Source: a virus (Duplodnaviria; Caudoviricetes). From it: a stretch of 64,000 bases of DNA. A program made the position numbers and the translations under genes. The first letter of the stretch is position 1; the number at the start of each line of letters is the position of its first letter. Under the pieces are notes generated by a model, which did not search any database, was not told the origin of the DNA, and saw nothing but the letters and a program-made list of their open reading frames with translations. The DNA lies in IMG/VR virus record IMGVR_UViG_3300014039_000012, positions 32,001-96,000 of that record; one strand, 5' to 3'. Shown piece after piece: positions 32,535 through 42,148 of the stretch.

Positions 32535-33794
32535 ATGCCACAAATTTCTAATAAAATCAAAATGGGATCCGGCGAAAATTACGAATATGTAATTGACGGG
32601 AAAGATGCCGCTGTCGCAGATCTTGAAAAATATTTAAAGATTTCAGAAATTAAAAAAATCATAGGAAGAAAAACAATTTACCCTCGTTTTAGGATTTATA
32701 TTTTAAATCCCGATGAAACAATTTGTTATCAATTGCCAAATGAAGACATTTTGTCTGGCGGTTCGTATAGCGAAAACTACCAAAATGGTTCTCGTCGAAC
32801 ATTGTCTTTTTCATTGAATAATCAGGAAGGGAAATATACTCCTTCAATTAATAATTTGTGGGTAGATACAAAGGTTTTGCTCGATATCGGATTGGAAGTG
32901 CCAGACGAGGGACTAGTTATTTGGTTTCACAAAGGCGTATTTGTTATTACGTCGGCGAATCCGTCTAAATCAACAGAGACAAAAACGGTGTCAATTAGTT
33001 GTGCAGACAAATTTGAGATTTTGAATGGGCGACGCGGTACGGTCGGAACAACTGTTGAAGTTCCACCGGGGATGGTTATTAAAGATGTAATTCAGGATGT
33101 TTTATGGTACGACAGTGGAACAGGAGATGTTCTTGATCCGATTCCATTTTTCTATCATCCTGTGTTTGAGGGAAAGGTAACGCCCGTTACATTAACGCTT
33201 TCGGCTGGTTCAAATTATGGAAATTTAATTACGCAAATTGCCGATGTTTTATCAGCAGAAGTGTTTTATGATTCATATGGACATTTGAATTTTGTTCCAA
33301 CGGTCGACGTTATTTCGGATGGAGATAAACCGAATCTTTATGATTATTCAATTGAAAATCTACAAAATGAGAATTTTTCAATTGATCTAAATTCTTTTGT
33401 TAACTGCGTTTATGTCGTTGGAGCAAATGTTAATGGACATACTTGTACGGCGGTTAAAAAGAACGAAGATCCAACTTCTCCAATTTCGGTCGGAAGGATC
33501 GGGCTGCGTGTTGCTGATGTAATTAACGATTCTAATATTACAACCGACCAGTTGGCGGAAGAACGAGCAGATTATGAGTTGCGGAAAAAGATTATAGCGG
33601 AAAGCACATTGAGTAGTTCTGTTATGTTTAATCCGCTTTTAAGTGTTAATAATATTGTAACATATACTGACGAGGAAGATTTTAATATGAGACGCGAAAG
33701 ATTTTTGATTCAGAGTATTTCATTTAATTTGGGATATGATGGAATTATGTCGTTAAGCGTTTCTAATATAAACAATCTTCCGTTTGTATATTAA
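32535..33794 (+). CDS. Baseplate hub/tail-tip-like protein
   Basis: RRTLSFSL..., GVFVI, VSISCADKF, FYDSYGHLNF and LAEERADYEL pattern typical of hub proteins. Confidence 0.6.
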   Translation: MPQISNKIKMGSGENYEYVIDGKDAAVADLEKYLKISEIKKIIGRKTIYPRFRIYILNPDETICYQLPNEDILSGGSYSENYQNGSRRTLSFSLNNQEGKYTPSINNLWVDTKVLLDIGLEVPDEGLVIWFHKGVFVITSANPSKSTETKTVSISCADKFEILNGRRGTVGTTVEVPPGMVIKDVIQDVLWYDSGTGDVLDPIPFFYHPVFEGKVTPVTLTLSAGSNYGNLITQIADVLSAEVFYDSYGHLNFVPTVDVISDGDKPNLYDYSIENLQNENFSIDLNSFVNCVYVVGANVNGHTCTAVKKNEDPTSPISVGRIGLRVADVINDSNITTDQLAEERADYELRKKIIAESTLSSSVMFNPLLSVNNIVTYTDEEDFNMRRERFLIQSISFNLGYDGIMSLSVSNINNLPFVY

Positions 33795-33815
33795 TATTTA
33801 GAAAGGAGATTAAAT

Positions 33816-34151
33816 ATGGCGAGTGTCAATAGTACTTCCTCTAATGAATCTGGATGTATTTCCGGCGGCCTTCCTCTAAAAGTTATGCGCATCGCAATGG
33901 AAAATAAAGGAATGTTTGAAGGATTAAGACCGGGTGCGCTATATTGTTTTACGGGGAAGACAACCAATGTATCGGTAGAGTTAGAAGATGGAACGTCCGA
34001 AATATACGAAGTCCCGATAACGTTTGCTATCAATGGTCCAGAAGAATTAAAAGATGGAGCTGCTACGGGTCAAAATTACGGAATCCGATTTTATAGCAAT
34101 GAAAAGAATGAACTTATCGGTGGAGAATTAGTTCCAATCGATTTAAGTTGA
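33816..34151 (+). CDS. Hypothetical protein
   Basis: SD AAGGAG; 111 aa. Confidence 0.6.
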   Translation: MASVNSTSSNESGCISGGLPLKVMRIAMENKGMFEGLRPGALYCFTGKTTNVSVELEDGTSEIYEVPITFAINGPEELKDGAATGQNYGIRFYSNEKNELIGGELVPIDLS

Positions 34152-34182
34152 ATTAAAAATAAAAAAGTGAGGTATTAATAAA

Positions 34183-34770
34183 ATGGCGATTTCAATTCTT
34201 AACTATTATGAACAGCCAGACGGCAAGAATCTGATGATTATGGCTGACGACCTTTACGAGAGGAATCCGGGCGAAGCTCCGGACGATAATATGCCAATGG
34301 ATCCGACCAATTACGCAATTTCACAGAATCTTGGTATTCCGGCAGATGGCTCAATTACGATCGTTAGAGATTTTGATGAAAACAAGAAAGTAAAGACTGT
34401 TACTAATGTTTTTAAGGAGGGTGAATGGAAAGATTCTACCGACGGTAACGAAAATGATATTAAATTGGGATATCTTGAATATCATATTTCGGGTGGTAGT
34501 AAATATTATTATCCAGAAGATTTACTTGATATTTTAAAAAATTGCGACATGCTTCTTGTAAAATATCAGGACGTGGATTATCCGGAAAAAGAATATATTG
34601 GATATGTATGTAGTTTTATAACATTAAATCTTGAAATGCGATTTGAAGGACCAACGGTAGGTTATATAGGAAAAGATGTAGAAACTGAAATTAGCGGAGA
34701 AACAGAGGCAGAAATTATTGATCTTTTGAAAACAAAATTTTCAAAACAAATTAAAGTAAGTTATACCTAA
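34183..34770 (+). CDS. Virion accessory protein (paralogue family with 28895 and 56646)
   Basis: MPMDPTNY..SQNLGIPADGSITI. Confidence 0.6.
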   Translation: MAISILNYYEQPDGKNLMIMADDLYERNPGEAPDDNMPMDPTNYAISQNLGIPADGSITIVRDFDENKKVKTVTNVFKEGEWKDSTDGNENDIKLGYLEYHISGGSKYYYPEDLLDILKNCDMLLVKYQDVDYPEKEYIGYVCSFITLNLEMRFEGPTVGYIGKDVETEISGETEAEIIDLLKTKFSKQIKVSYT

Positions 34771-34772
34771 TA

Positions 34773-35402
34773 ATGATTTTATATACAAAAATTAAAACCT
34801 GTTCTAAACGCCCAGGTTTTGCTCAAAAATCAATAAACACAATTGGATTGTCTGAAGAAAATATTTGGTATGATTTAAGAGAATTAGAACCTCAATATAA
34901 AAATAAATCATATTCTTGGAATACGGCAAAAGGATGGGAAAGTTTTAAAGAAATAAATTGTACTCATTGTATGTTCATGGATGATGATTTGGACTTTTGT
35001 GATAATTTTTTAGAAATTTGTGAAAAGATTATTACAGTACATCCAAACGCTGTGATTGGTTTATTTCCATATTATTATAGGGACAAAGATGTTGTGCAAA
35101 ACGAGTCTCCTTATTGGAGCGCTGGAATCATTTCTGGTGCTTGTATAATAATTCCAAAAAAATATTTAAACGATCTTTGTGAATTTATGTTTTCAAGATG
35201 TGATAAAATTTCACAGGACGATCTTTTGGTTTATATGTGGTGTTTATATAATCACATTCAAATGATAACAACAATTCCATCGTTAATTCAGCATATCGGA
35301 GATCAATCTTTGTATGATCCAACCGCGCCAATTCGAAGAACTCAGTATTTCGATAAAAACCCAAGTGCAAATTGGGATTCAAAAATAATTAATTCTTTGT
35401 GA
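34773..35402 (+). CDS. GT-A-fold glycosyltransferase
   Basis: HCMFMDDDLDF (DxD), QDDL and IPSLIQHIG motifs. Confidence 0.7.
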   Translation: MILYTKIKTCSKRPGFAQKSINTIGLSEENIWYDLRELEPQYKNKSYSWNTAKGWESFKEINCTHCMFMDDDLDFCDNFLEICEKIITVHPNAVIGLFPYYYRDKDVVQNESPYWSAGIISGACIIIPKKYLNDLCEFMFSRCDKISQDDLLVYMWCLYNHIQMITTIPSLIQHIGDQSLYDPTAPIRRTQYFDKNPSANWDSKIINSL

Positions 35403-35563
35403 AAACGGGAATTTTGTTGTGGGGATTGATCGATTGAAGTGCTGACGATAGTTATAATCTTGTTTTTTCAAAATTGATCTTTCAAAAGTGTTTTGGACGA
35501 AATCTAAATAATTCAAAAAATAAAAATATTCTAAAATTAATTATTAAACAAAGGAGGTAAAAT

Positions 35564-35878
35564 ATGGTCAGAGGAACAACGCCAACTGTTTTGTTTTGTT
35601 CAAAACAGATTAAAAAAGATGAAGTTACCGATGCCGAATTTACCTTCTCACAATATGGTCGAATAGTTTTAACAAAAGAAATGTGTACCGGAGACGAATC
35701 ATTTGTTGTCGTCGATGGCGGTGTATCCGTTACACTTTCTCAAATTGAGACATTAATGTTTGACGCAAGGGCGCCTCTTTTGGCGCAATTAAGAGTTGAG
35801 ATGGGGAGTTTGGTAATGGCAACTCCACCGTCTAAAATGGTTGTTGAAGAATCTTTGGATGGAGGGGTGATGACGTGA
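35564..35878 (+). CDS. BppU-N-like structural adaptor
   Basis: MVRGTTPT start; VTLSQIETL..F; QLRV. Confidence 0.6.
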   Translation: MVRGTTPTVLFCSKQIKKDEVTDAEFTFSQYGRIVLTKEMCTGDESFVVVDGGVSVTLSQIETLMFDARAPLLAQLRVEMGSLVMATPPSKMVVEESLDGGVMT

Positions 35879-36150
35879 TTAAGACAGGAAAAAATTGTTG
35901 CGTTTTGAACGGAACGTTTGACGAGATATACGTCAGAAACTGGCAGGGTGATACCGAAATGTCGGATACTTCAACCAGACCCGTTCAAAACAAGGTTATT
36001 AAACAATATGTAGACGAAAAGTTGCAAAATGTTGATGTAAATTTGGACTCTGTAGTTACGCGGTTGGACACGGTTATTGATTTGTTGACACAAATTAAAG
36101 ACAAGCCGTCCGGTGGAGGAACTATGGAAGCCGAATTGATTTATTTCTAA
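35875..36150 (+). CDS. Small fibre-associated protein
   Basis: DTEMSDTSTRPVQNKVI motif; GTGA overlap with the previous gene. Confidence 0.6.
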   Translation: MIKTGKNCCVLNGTFDEIYVRNWQGDTEMSDTSTRPVQNKVIKQYVDEKLQNVDVNLDSVVTRLDTVIDLLTQIKDKPSGGGTMEAELIYF

Positions 36151-36171
36151 TGGCAGGAGGATAATATTCCA

Positions 36172-36660
36172 ATGAAATTCGCATATGGAAGTATAAAAAA
36201 AATTAACGAAGCGATTGAAGCTGGAACAATTCCTGCCGAAACGCTAATTATAACTTCGGATAGCGCAGATGTTGCAGAGTTATTTTTCTATGACAAAAGT
36301 AAGCTACTAAAAAAGGTTGAAAGAAAGAATAAATTTTTAACAATTGATGAAGCAAAAGAATGGGCTCCAACTTGGGGTATAGAGGGCGACGTTATTTCTG
36401 TTAAAAATTCAAAAGGAGATTGGGAACTTGGAGTTGTTGATAGCAATAAAGAAATTGTTATGCAATCTTCAAGCGTCGGAGGGGTTGTTTCCGATGATAC
36501 TTCCGAAAAATTCCCAGAAGTTGGACAAAAGGGAAAAATTTATGTCGATACCAATGACCAATCATTATATCTTTGGGACGAAGCATCTTCTTCGTATATC
36601 TTGGTTGGATCTGGTTATAATAATTTAATTTATAGTGGAGGAGACGCTTATGGCGACTAA
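36172..36660 (+). CDS. Small fibre-associated protein
   Basis: FPEVGQKGKIYVD...LYLWD motif; ends IYSGGDA. Confidence 0.65.
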   Translation: MKFAYGSIKKINEAIEAGTIPAETLIITSDSADVAELFFYDKSKLLKKVERKNKFLTIDEAKEWAPTWGIEGDVISVKNSKGDWELGVVDSNKEIVMQSSSVGGVVSDDTSEKFPEVGQKGKIYVDTNDQSLYLWDEASSSYILVGSGYNNLIYSGGDAYGD

Positions 36661-37909
36661 AACAATCAAGACCAGATTTCAGATGAGAAATGATTCTGCT
36701 GAAAACTGGAAAACGGCTAATTCGGTTCTTCTTGCAGGAGAAATCGGAGTTGAAAATGATACTCGTAAATTCAAGTTCGGTGATGGTACGACGGCGTGGA
36801 ACGATCTGCCTTATGCCGGCACAGATGCCGCGCAGATTCAGGCACTGATCGATGCGGCCGAAGATAATTATTATTCGGTAGAAAGAAGTGCGGGCGAAGA
36901 AGACAACGCCGCGATCTCTCGCGCTCTTGGTGATAAAACTGCAAGCAAAGGTGATATTTGTGTAATTAAGACTGCTCTCGGCACCGAGCCAGAATCTTAT
37001 TCCTTTATGGGATATGTTTATGACGGTACTATTTGGGGCGCTATGGATGGCAACGTTTCTGCAGAAAACGTTGTTATGGCAAAAGATATTACTCTTGCCG
37101 GTAATTATACTTCTGTTGGTAACGTCCAGCTTTCTAGCAAGACTCTGCCCGCGAAGGGAAAGACTCTTGATAAGCTGTTTGAATCTATCTTTACGAAGGA
37201 ACTTTATCCTTCGAAGCCAACTCCTACTTGTGCAATTACCCTGACTGGTGCTGGCGCTAAAGAAGTTGGTACAACGTTTACTCCTGCTTATACTGCTACG
37301 TTTGACAAGAAGTCCTATGCTTATGCTCCGACAGATACCGGCGTTGCTGTTACTGCTTGGGAAATTAAAGATACCAACGATGTAACGAAGACTGCGGCCA
37401 CCGGTACGTTTGAGGCGTTTGTCGTTAATGAAACCACCAACTATAAGCTGACCGCGAAGGCTACTTATGGAGATGGTAAAGTTCCGAAGACCAATCTCGG
37501 TAACGATTACGCTGCTGCGCAAATCAAGGCTGGCACTACAGCTACCGCTACTTCTGGCGCCATTACCGGTTATCGTAACTGGTTCTATGGCTACAAGAAT
37601 GCGGCTGGAGTTCTGGATGCTGCGACTCTTACTTCTGCACAAATTCGTGCGCTGACTCCTCGCAACGGTTCGTTCCCCGCGACGATTGACACCAATGGAA
37701 TGCAGCAGATGTTCTTCGCGATTCCGAAGGGCAAGAAGACTTCTGTGAAGTGCTCCAACAACGTTAACGGTGCTCCTTGCACGATGAGCAAGACCGAAGT
37801 GAGCGTTGAGGGCGCTAACGGTTTTACTGCCATTGCCTATGATGTTTGGTATGTCAACTCTGCTTCCGCAGACAGTGGCGCAAACACCTATAAGATCGTT
37901 GTATCGTAA
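36650..37909 (+). CDS. Fibre protein with Mtd_N/hyaluronidase-N-type domain
   Basis: SD GGAGG; RNDSAENW..N.VLLAGEIGVENDTRKFKFGDG..AWNDLPY. Confidence 0.75.
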   Translation: MATKTIKTRFQMRNDSAENWKTANSVLLAGEIGVENDTRKFKFGDGTTAWNDLPYAGTDAAQIQALIDAAEDNYYSVERSAGEEDNAAISRALGDKTASKGDICVIKTALGTEPESYSFMGYVYDGTIWGAMDGNVSAENVVMAKDITLAGNYTSVGNVQLSSKTLPAKGKTLDKLFESIFTKELYPSKPTPTCAITLTGAGAKEVGTTFTPAYTATFDKKSYAYAPTDTGVAVTAWEIKDTNDVTKTAATGTFEAFVVNETTNYKLTAKATYGDGKVPKTNLGNDYAAAQIKAGTTATATSGAITGYRNWFYGYKNAAGVLDAATLTSAQIRALTPRNGSFPATIDTNGMQQMFFAIPKGKKTSVKCSNNVNGAPCTMSKTEVSVEGANGFTAIAYDVWYVNSASADSGANTYKIVVS

Positions 37910-37940
37910 TTTTGATAATTGGTAATGGAGGTAAAAATAT

Positions 37941-39983
37941 ATGACAAGACAAGAATTTTTTGAGATGAAAGCTGCCGGCGCTCTTTGGGACGTTGGCGTT
38001 TCGATTAACAGAACTAACCCGCTTCCTCTTGACAAGAACGCGGTATTTGAAAGCTATGATAAGGCGCTTGAATATGCAAAGGGTGTTCTGTCCTATCCCG
38101 GTCAGTTTATCGCCGTTGTTGCAGAAGATAGCACTGTAACCGGTTATATTATTACTGTTGCCGGCGGAGATGGTGCAACGCTGCAGAAGCTTGCTGCGCA
38201 AACCTCTACCGGAGACGTCGTCGCAGATCTTGCCGCTCTGACCAACCGTGTTGGAGTGCTTGAGACTTCTGTTGGCGACATCAAAACCGAAATCGGTGCG
38301 AAAGCAGCTGGCGAAACCGCCGCTTCCGGTATTTACAAGTATGTTGATGATAAGGTTGCGGCGGCTACTCCTGAAGGATACGCCGGTGTTAAAGCCGACG
38401 TTACGAAGCTGGTTGGCGTTGACAAAGGAGAAGATGGCAGAGCGAACAAGTCTGTTAGAGAAATCGCGGCTGAAGAGGTTGCAAAAATCGTTGATGGCGC
38501 AGATGCGAGTTTTGATACCCTGAAAGAGGTTTCTGACTGGATTTCTACGCACGGAACTGATGCCGCCGCGATGAATACGCAGATTAATGCCAATAAATCT
38601 GCGATCGAAAAGCTGAACGGGGCTGCGGAGACAGAAGGTTCTGTTGCGAATACTGTCGACGCTGCAATCAATGGCGCTCTGAAAGTGGACGGCAAAGATA
38701 AGTATGCTCTTGCAACCGATCTAACTGCCGCTAATGGTAAAATCGCTGCTCTTGAAACCAAGACTGCTGGCTTGGTGGATGCAGACGGTGCAGATACGAC
38801 CGTCAAAGCATATGTTGATGCTGGTGATGCGAAGGTCGAAGCTAAAGTTACAGCTCTTTCGACTAAGGTTGAAAACCTTGGTTCTCTTGCTTCGAAGAGC
38901 GAAGTCGCTGAGAGTGATCTGGCTGCTGCGCTGAAAGCGAAGATTGACGGTAAGGCAGATAAGGCCACCACGCTGGCTGGCTATGGCATCGAAGATGCCT
39001 ACACGAAAACCGGCGCGGAAGGAATGGTTGATACCAAGATTACCGCGCTTGGTCTTGGAACGATGTCTAAAGAGGTCGCAGCAGATTACACTAAGACCGC
39101 AGATCTTGAAACTGCTCTTGCTGGCAAGTATGACGCAGCAGGTGCAGCAAAGGAAGTCGACGATAAACTTCCTGCAATGGATACTGCAATTAAGGCTAAT
39201 ACCGATGCAATCACTAAGCTGAATGGTGCGGCAAGTGTAACCGGTTCTGTTGCCGAAAAGATTCAGACCGCAATTACCGATCTTGATCTTGCAAATACAT
39301 ATGCTGCTAAGTCCCATACTCATGCAATGGAGCAGGTCACTGGCCTGGCAGAAGAGTTTGCAAAGTATCAGGCAAAAGGTGATTACGCGCTGAAGTCCGA
39401 TCTTGATGGAACCGATGCCGAAGTTGAAGCACTGACCACTCTTGTTGGCACGCTTCCTGCCGACGCAAAAGCAAAGACTGTTGTTGAATATGCAAAGGAA
39501 GTTGCCGATGCGGCTACCGGCAATGCTGCTACTGTTGGCGCAAAAGTTGATACTCTTATTGGCGATGATGCTAATAAGTCCGTTAGAACGATTGCTAATG
39601 AAGAGCTTGCGGCCGCGCTAATCCCTGAAAACGCACAGGATTCTCTCGATACACTGAAAGAGATTGCGGATTGGATTCAGTCCCACCCGGCAGAAGTAAC
39701 AGAGATGAACAGCAAGATTACCGCTCTTGAAGGCAAGGCTCACGAGCACGCCAACAAGACCGTTCTCGATGGAATCACTGCTGATAAAGTTTCGAAGTGG
39801 GATTCTGCTCTTCACGATGGCGATATTCCTGCTGCTACCGCTGCCGCGCTCGGCCTCGTGAAGGTGGACAACACTTCTATCGAAGCTTCTGCCGACGGCA
39901 CTATCGGCGTGAAGGCTGTTGACGTTCAGAAACTGTTTGTTGCCGAAGGCGATGAATTTATTCTAGATGGCGGAAAAGCTTAA
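37941..39983 (+). CDS. Ala-rich coiled-coil fibre protein
   Basis: Two DTLKE(V/I).DWI..H repeats; KATTLAGYGI.DAY motif; ends FILDGGKA. Confidence 0.75.
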   Translation: MTRQEFFEMKAAGALWDVGVSINRTNPLPLDKNAVFESYDKALEYAKGVLSYPGQFIAVVAEDSTVTGYIITVAGGDGATLQKLAAQTSTGDVVADLAALTNRVGVLETSVGDIKTEIGAKAAGETAASGIYKYVDDKVAAATPEGYAGVKADVTKLVGVDKGEDGRANKSVREIAAEEVAKIVDGADASFDTLKEVSDWISTHGTDAAAMNTQINANKSAIEKLNGAAETEGSVANTVDAAINGALKVDGKDKYALATDLTAANGKIAALETKTAGLVDADGADTTVKAYVDAGDAKVEAKVTALSTKVENLGSLASKSEVAESDLAAALKAKIDGKADKATTLAGYGIEDAYTKTGAEGMVDTKITALGLGTMSKEVAADYTKTADLETALAGKYDAAGAAKEVDDKLPAMDTAIKANTDAITKLNGAASVTGSVAEKIQTAITDLDLANTYAAKSHTHAMEQVTGLAEEFAKYQAKGDYALKSDLDGTDAEVEALTTLVGTLPADAKAKTVVEYAKEVADAATGNAATVGAKVDTLIGDDANKSVRTIANEELAAALIPENAQDSLDTLKEIADWIQSHPAEVTEMNSKITALEGKAHEHANKTVLDGITADKVSKWDSALHDGDIPAATAAALGLVKVDNTSIEASADGTIGVKAVDVQKLFVAEGDEFILDGGKA

Positions 39984-40004
39984 TTGTTAAAATAAATGTT
40001 CTGT

Positions 40005-40031
40005 GACCACGGAAGAATCCATTCCGTGGTC
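40005..40031 (+). terminator. Stem-loop after 37941-39983
   Basis: GACCACGGAA / TTCCGTGGTC; no U-tract. Confidence 0.45.
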
Positions 40032-40181
40032 ATGAGGAAATAAATATAGCAAAAAAAATTATCTACACCGAAAAATGTTAAAATATCTAGTGATGGAACA
40101 TTGAGTTTTGACGCTGTTCCAAACGCTACAAGTTATGATATTTTGGTAAATAATACGGTTATAGGAAATAGTGGAGGAAAT

Positions 40182-42017
40182 ATGGCAGAAAAAGTATTAA
40201 AAACAAGAATCCAATTAAAATATGATGAATATGCTAATTGGACTAAAAACGATCCAGTCCTTAAAAAGGGCGAAATGGCAGTTACGGTTATCCCGACTGG
40301 TACGTCCGTCGAACAGACAACGCCTCCTGCAATTATGTTTAAAGTAGGAGATGGCACAAAAAAATTTAGTGCGCTTCCGTGGGCAAGCGCTCTTGCCGCA
40401 GATGTTTATGCATGGGCAAAAGCCGCTACTCCGCAAGCTATTATCGATGAAGCACGCGACGGTTTAATCGGCGCAGATAGTGTTGTTAAAACGCTTAATA
40501 GCCTCAAGGGAGATATTACACTTGCTGTGGCAAGTGGCGAAAAGCGTCTTGTTGTTGGGGAAAGTGGACAGAGCATTACTCTTGCTCTTAATTTTACAGA
40601 TACAGAAGCAGCCGCTCTTGCATCTGGCATTACGGCAAACAAAGTTAAAACATACGATGGTTATGCGACAAGTAAGCAGGATACAATCGATGCGACTCAT
40701 AAACTTTCTCATGAACTCGTTAGCGGACTTGGGACTGCGGCGACAAAGAGCGCAGATGCTTTTGATGCGGCTGGCGCTGCCGATGCAGTTCTTGGTAAGT
40801 CGACTGATGCCGCTACCGCTAACACCGTTTATGGCGCAAAGAAAGCTGCGGCTAATGCGCAATCTACTGCTGACTCGGCAAAAACAACAGCAGAGGCTGC
40901 TCTTCCGAATGCTACATTTGAAAGCTTTAAAACCGCAAATGATACAGCACTTGCTGGAAAAGTAGACAAAACGACGACTGTTAATGGTCACGAGTTGTCT
41001 GCGAATGTTACACTTACAAAGTCGGACGTTGAACTTGGTAACGTTGAAAACAAGGCACTCGATACAACTGTTACGAAAGATTCCGGGAACTATATCACAT
41101 CTGGAGCCGTAAAGACTGCCATTGATAACGCCATTGGTGGTGTTACACAGTTTGATATTGTTAAATATGACAGTTTCGATAAACTCCCAAAAACCGGTAA
41201 GAAGGGCGTTATTTATATCATCGCTCATTCCCACAGCGACAGCAATGATAGTTATGATGAGTATATCTGGAACACCGCGCTTACAACACCGGCGTATGAA
41301 AAAATCGGCAACACCGACGTAAACCTTTCTGAATATGTTAATACGCTTTCTGGAACAGCTAATAGCGGCGTTATTACCAATCTTACAAAGTCTGGGAATA
41401 CCCTTACCGTAACCTCAAAGAGTCTTGCCACAATCGATCCTACCGCAAATGGAACTGGCCTTACATTTATTGATACCGTTTCACAGGCTGCGGATGGTAA
41501 GATTACTGCTACAAAGAAGACCGTTTCGGATGCAACGACTACGGCCCACGGTCTTATGACTGCGGCAGATAAGGTAAAACTTAACGGGATTGCTGAAGGC
41601 GCTACAAAAGTAACGGATGCGACCGTTTCTGGCTGGGGATATATCAAGTCTTATACTGATACAAACCAGAAGATTAAGGCGAAATCTGGATCGACAGATG
41701 TTACGTTCGGAGACAACGATGTTATCGAATTTGTCGCCGGTTCTAATGTTACGATTACTCCAGACAAGACGAATAAGAAAATTACAATTGCCGCTACGCA
41801 GAAGTCTGATACCGCAATCAATACTCTGATTGATACAAAGCTTACGGCATATACTACTGCTCATCCTGGCGTTGATAAAGTTGGTACGGTCACGAGCGTA
41901 GCTGCGGCGGCTGATTCTGGTTTCAAGATTACCGGAACAGCATCAACGACCCCGACAATTGATTGGGACGATACTGTCACGCTTGTTTTCGACTGCGGAG
42001 ATTCAAGCGATATCTAA
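40182..42017 (+). CDS. Fibre protein with Mtd_N-type N-terminus
   Basis: SD GGAGG before ATG 40182; KTRIQLKYD...NW...PVLKKGE...KVGDG; GLMTAADKVKLNGI motif. Confidence 0.75.
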   Translation: MAEKVLKTRIQLKYDEYANWTKNDPVLKKGEMAVTVIPTGTSVEQTTPPAIMFKVGDGTKKFSALPWASALAADVYAWAKAATPQAIIDEARDGLIGADSVVKTLNSLKGDITLAVASGEKRLVVGESGQSITLALNFTDTEAAALASGITANKVKTYDGYATSKQDTIDATHKLSHELVSGLGTAATKSADAFDAAGAADAVLGKSTDAATANTVYGAKKAAANAQSTADSAKTTAEAALPNATFESFKTANDTALAGKVDKTTTVNGHELSANVTLTKSDVELGNVENKALDTTVTKDSGNYITSGAVKTAIDNAIGGVTQFDIVKYDSFDKLPKTGKKGVIYIIAHSHSDSNDSYDEYIWNTALTTPAYEKIGNTDVNLSEYVNTLSGTANSGVITNLTKSGNTLTVTSKSLATIDPTANGTGLTFIDTVSQAADGKITATKKTVSDATTTAHGLMTAADKVKLNGIAEGATKVTDATVSGWGYIKSYTDTNQKIKAKSGSTDVTFGDNDVIEFVAGSNVTITPDKTNKKITIAATQKSDTAINTLIDTKLTAYTTAHPGVDKVGTVTSVAAAADSGFKITGTASTTPTIDWDDTVTLVFDCGDSSDI

Positions 42018-42028
42018 TTTTTTTGTTA

Positions 42029-42046
42029 ATAAAATACTGCTTTTAT
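42029..42046. promoter_or_regulatory. ATAAAA-N6-TTTTAT site, copy 2
   Basis: ATAAAA tactgc TTTTAT, 11 nt after the stop codon. Confidence 0.5.
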
Positions 42047-42047
42047 T

Positions 42048-42070
42048 AGGAGGGGTTTTACCCCTCCTTT
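42048..42070 (+). terminator. Intrinsic terminator
   Basis: AGGAGGGGT / ACCCCTCCT stem plus short T run. Confidence 0.7.
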
Positions 42071-42148
42071 ATGGGCGGATCTGGAACGGACGGTCCGTCC
42101 AGTTCTCCAAAAATTTGGAAACGATAATTTCGAAAGGAGAAATTAAAA

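Noticed and set aside
36458-38035. 525-aa minus-strand ORF (likewise 49946-51157 and 62163-63194)
   Set aside because: Antisense shadows of well-supported + strand genes with biased codon usage; no recognisable motifs.
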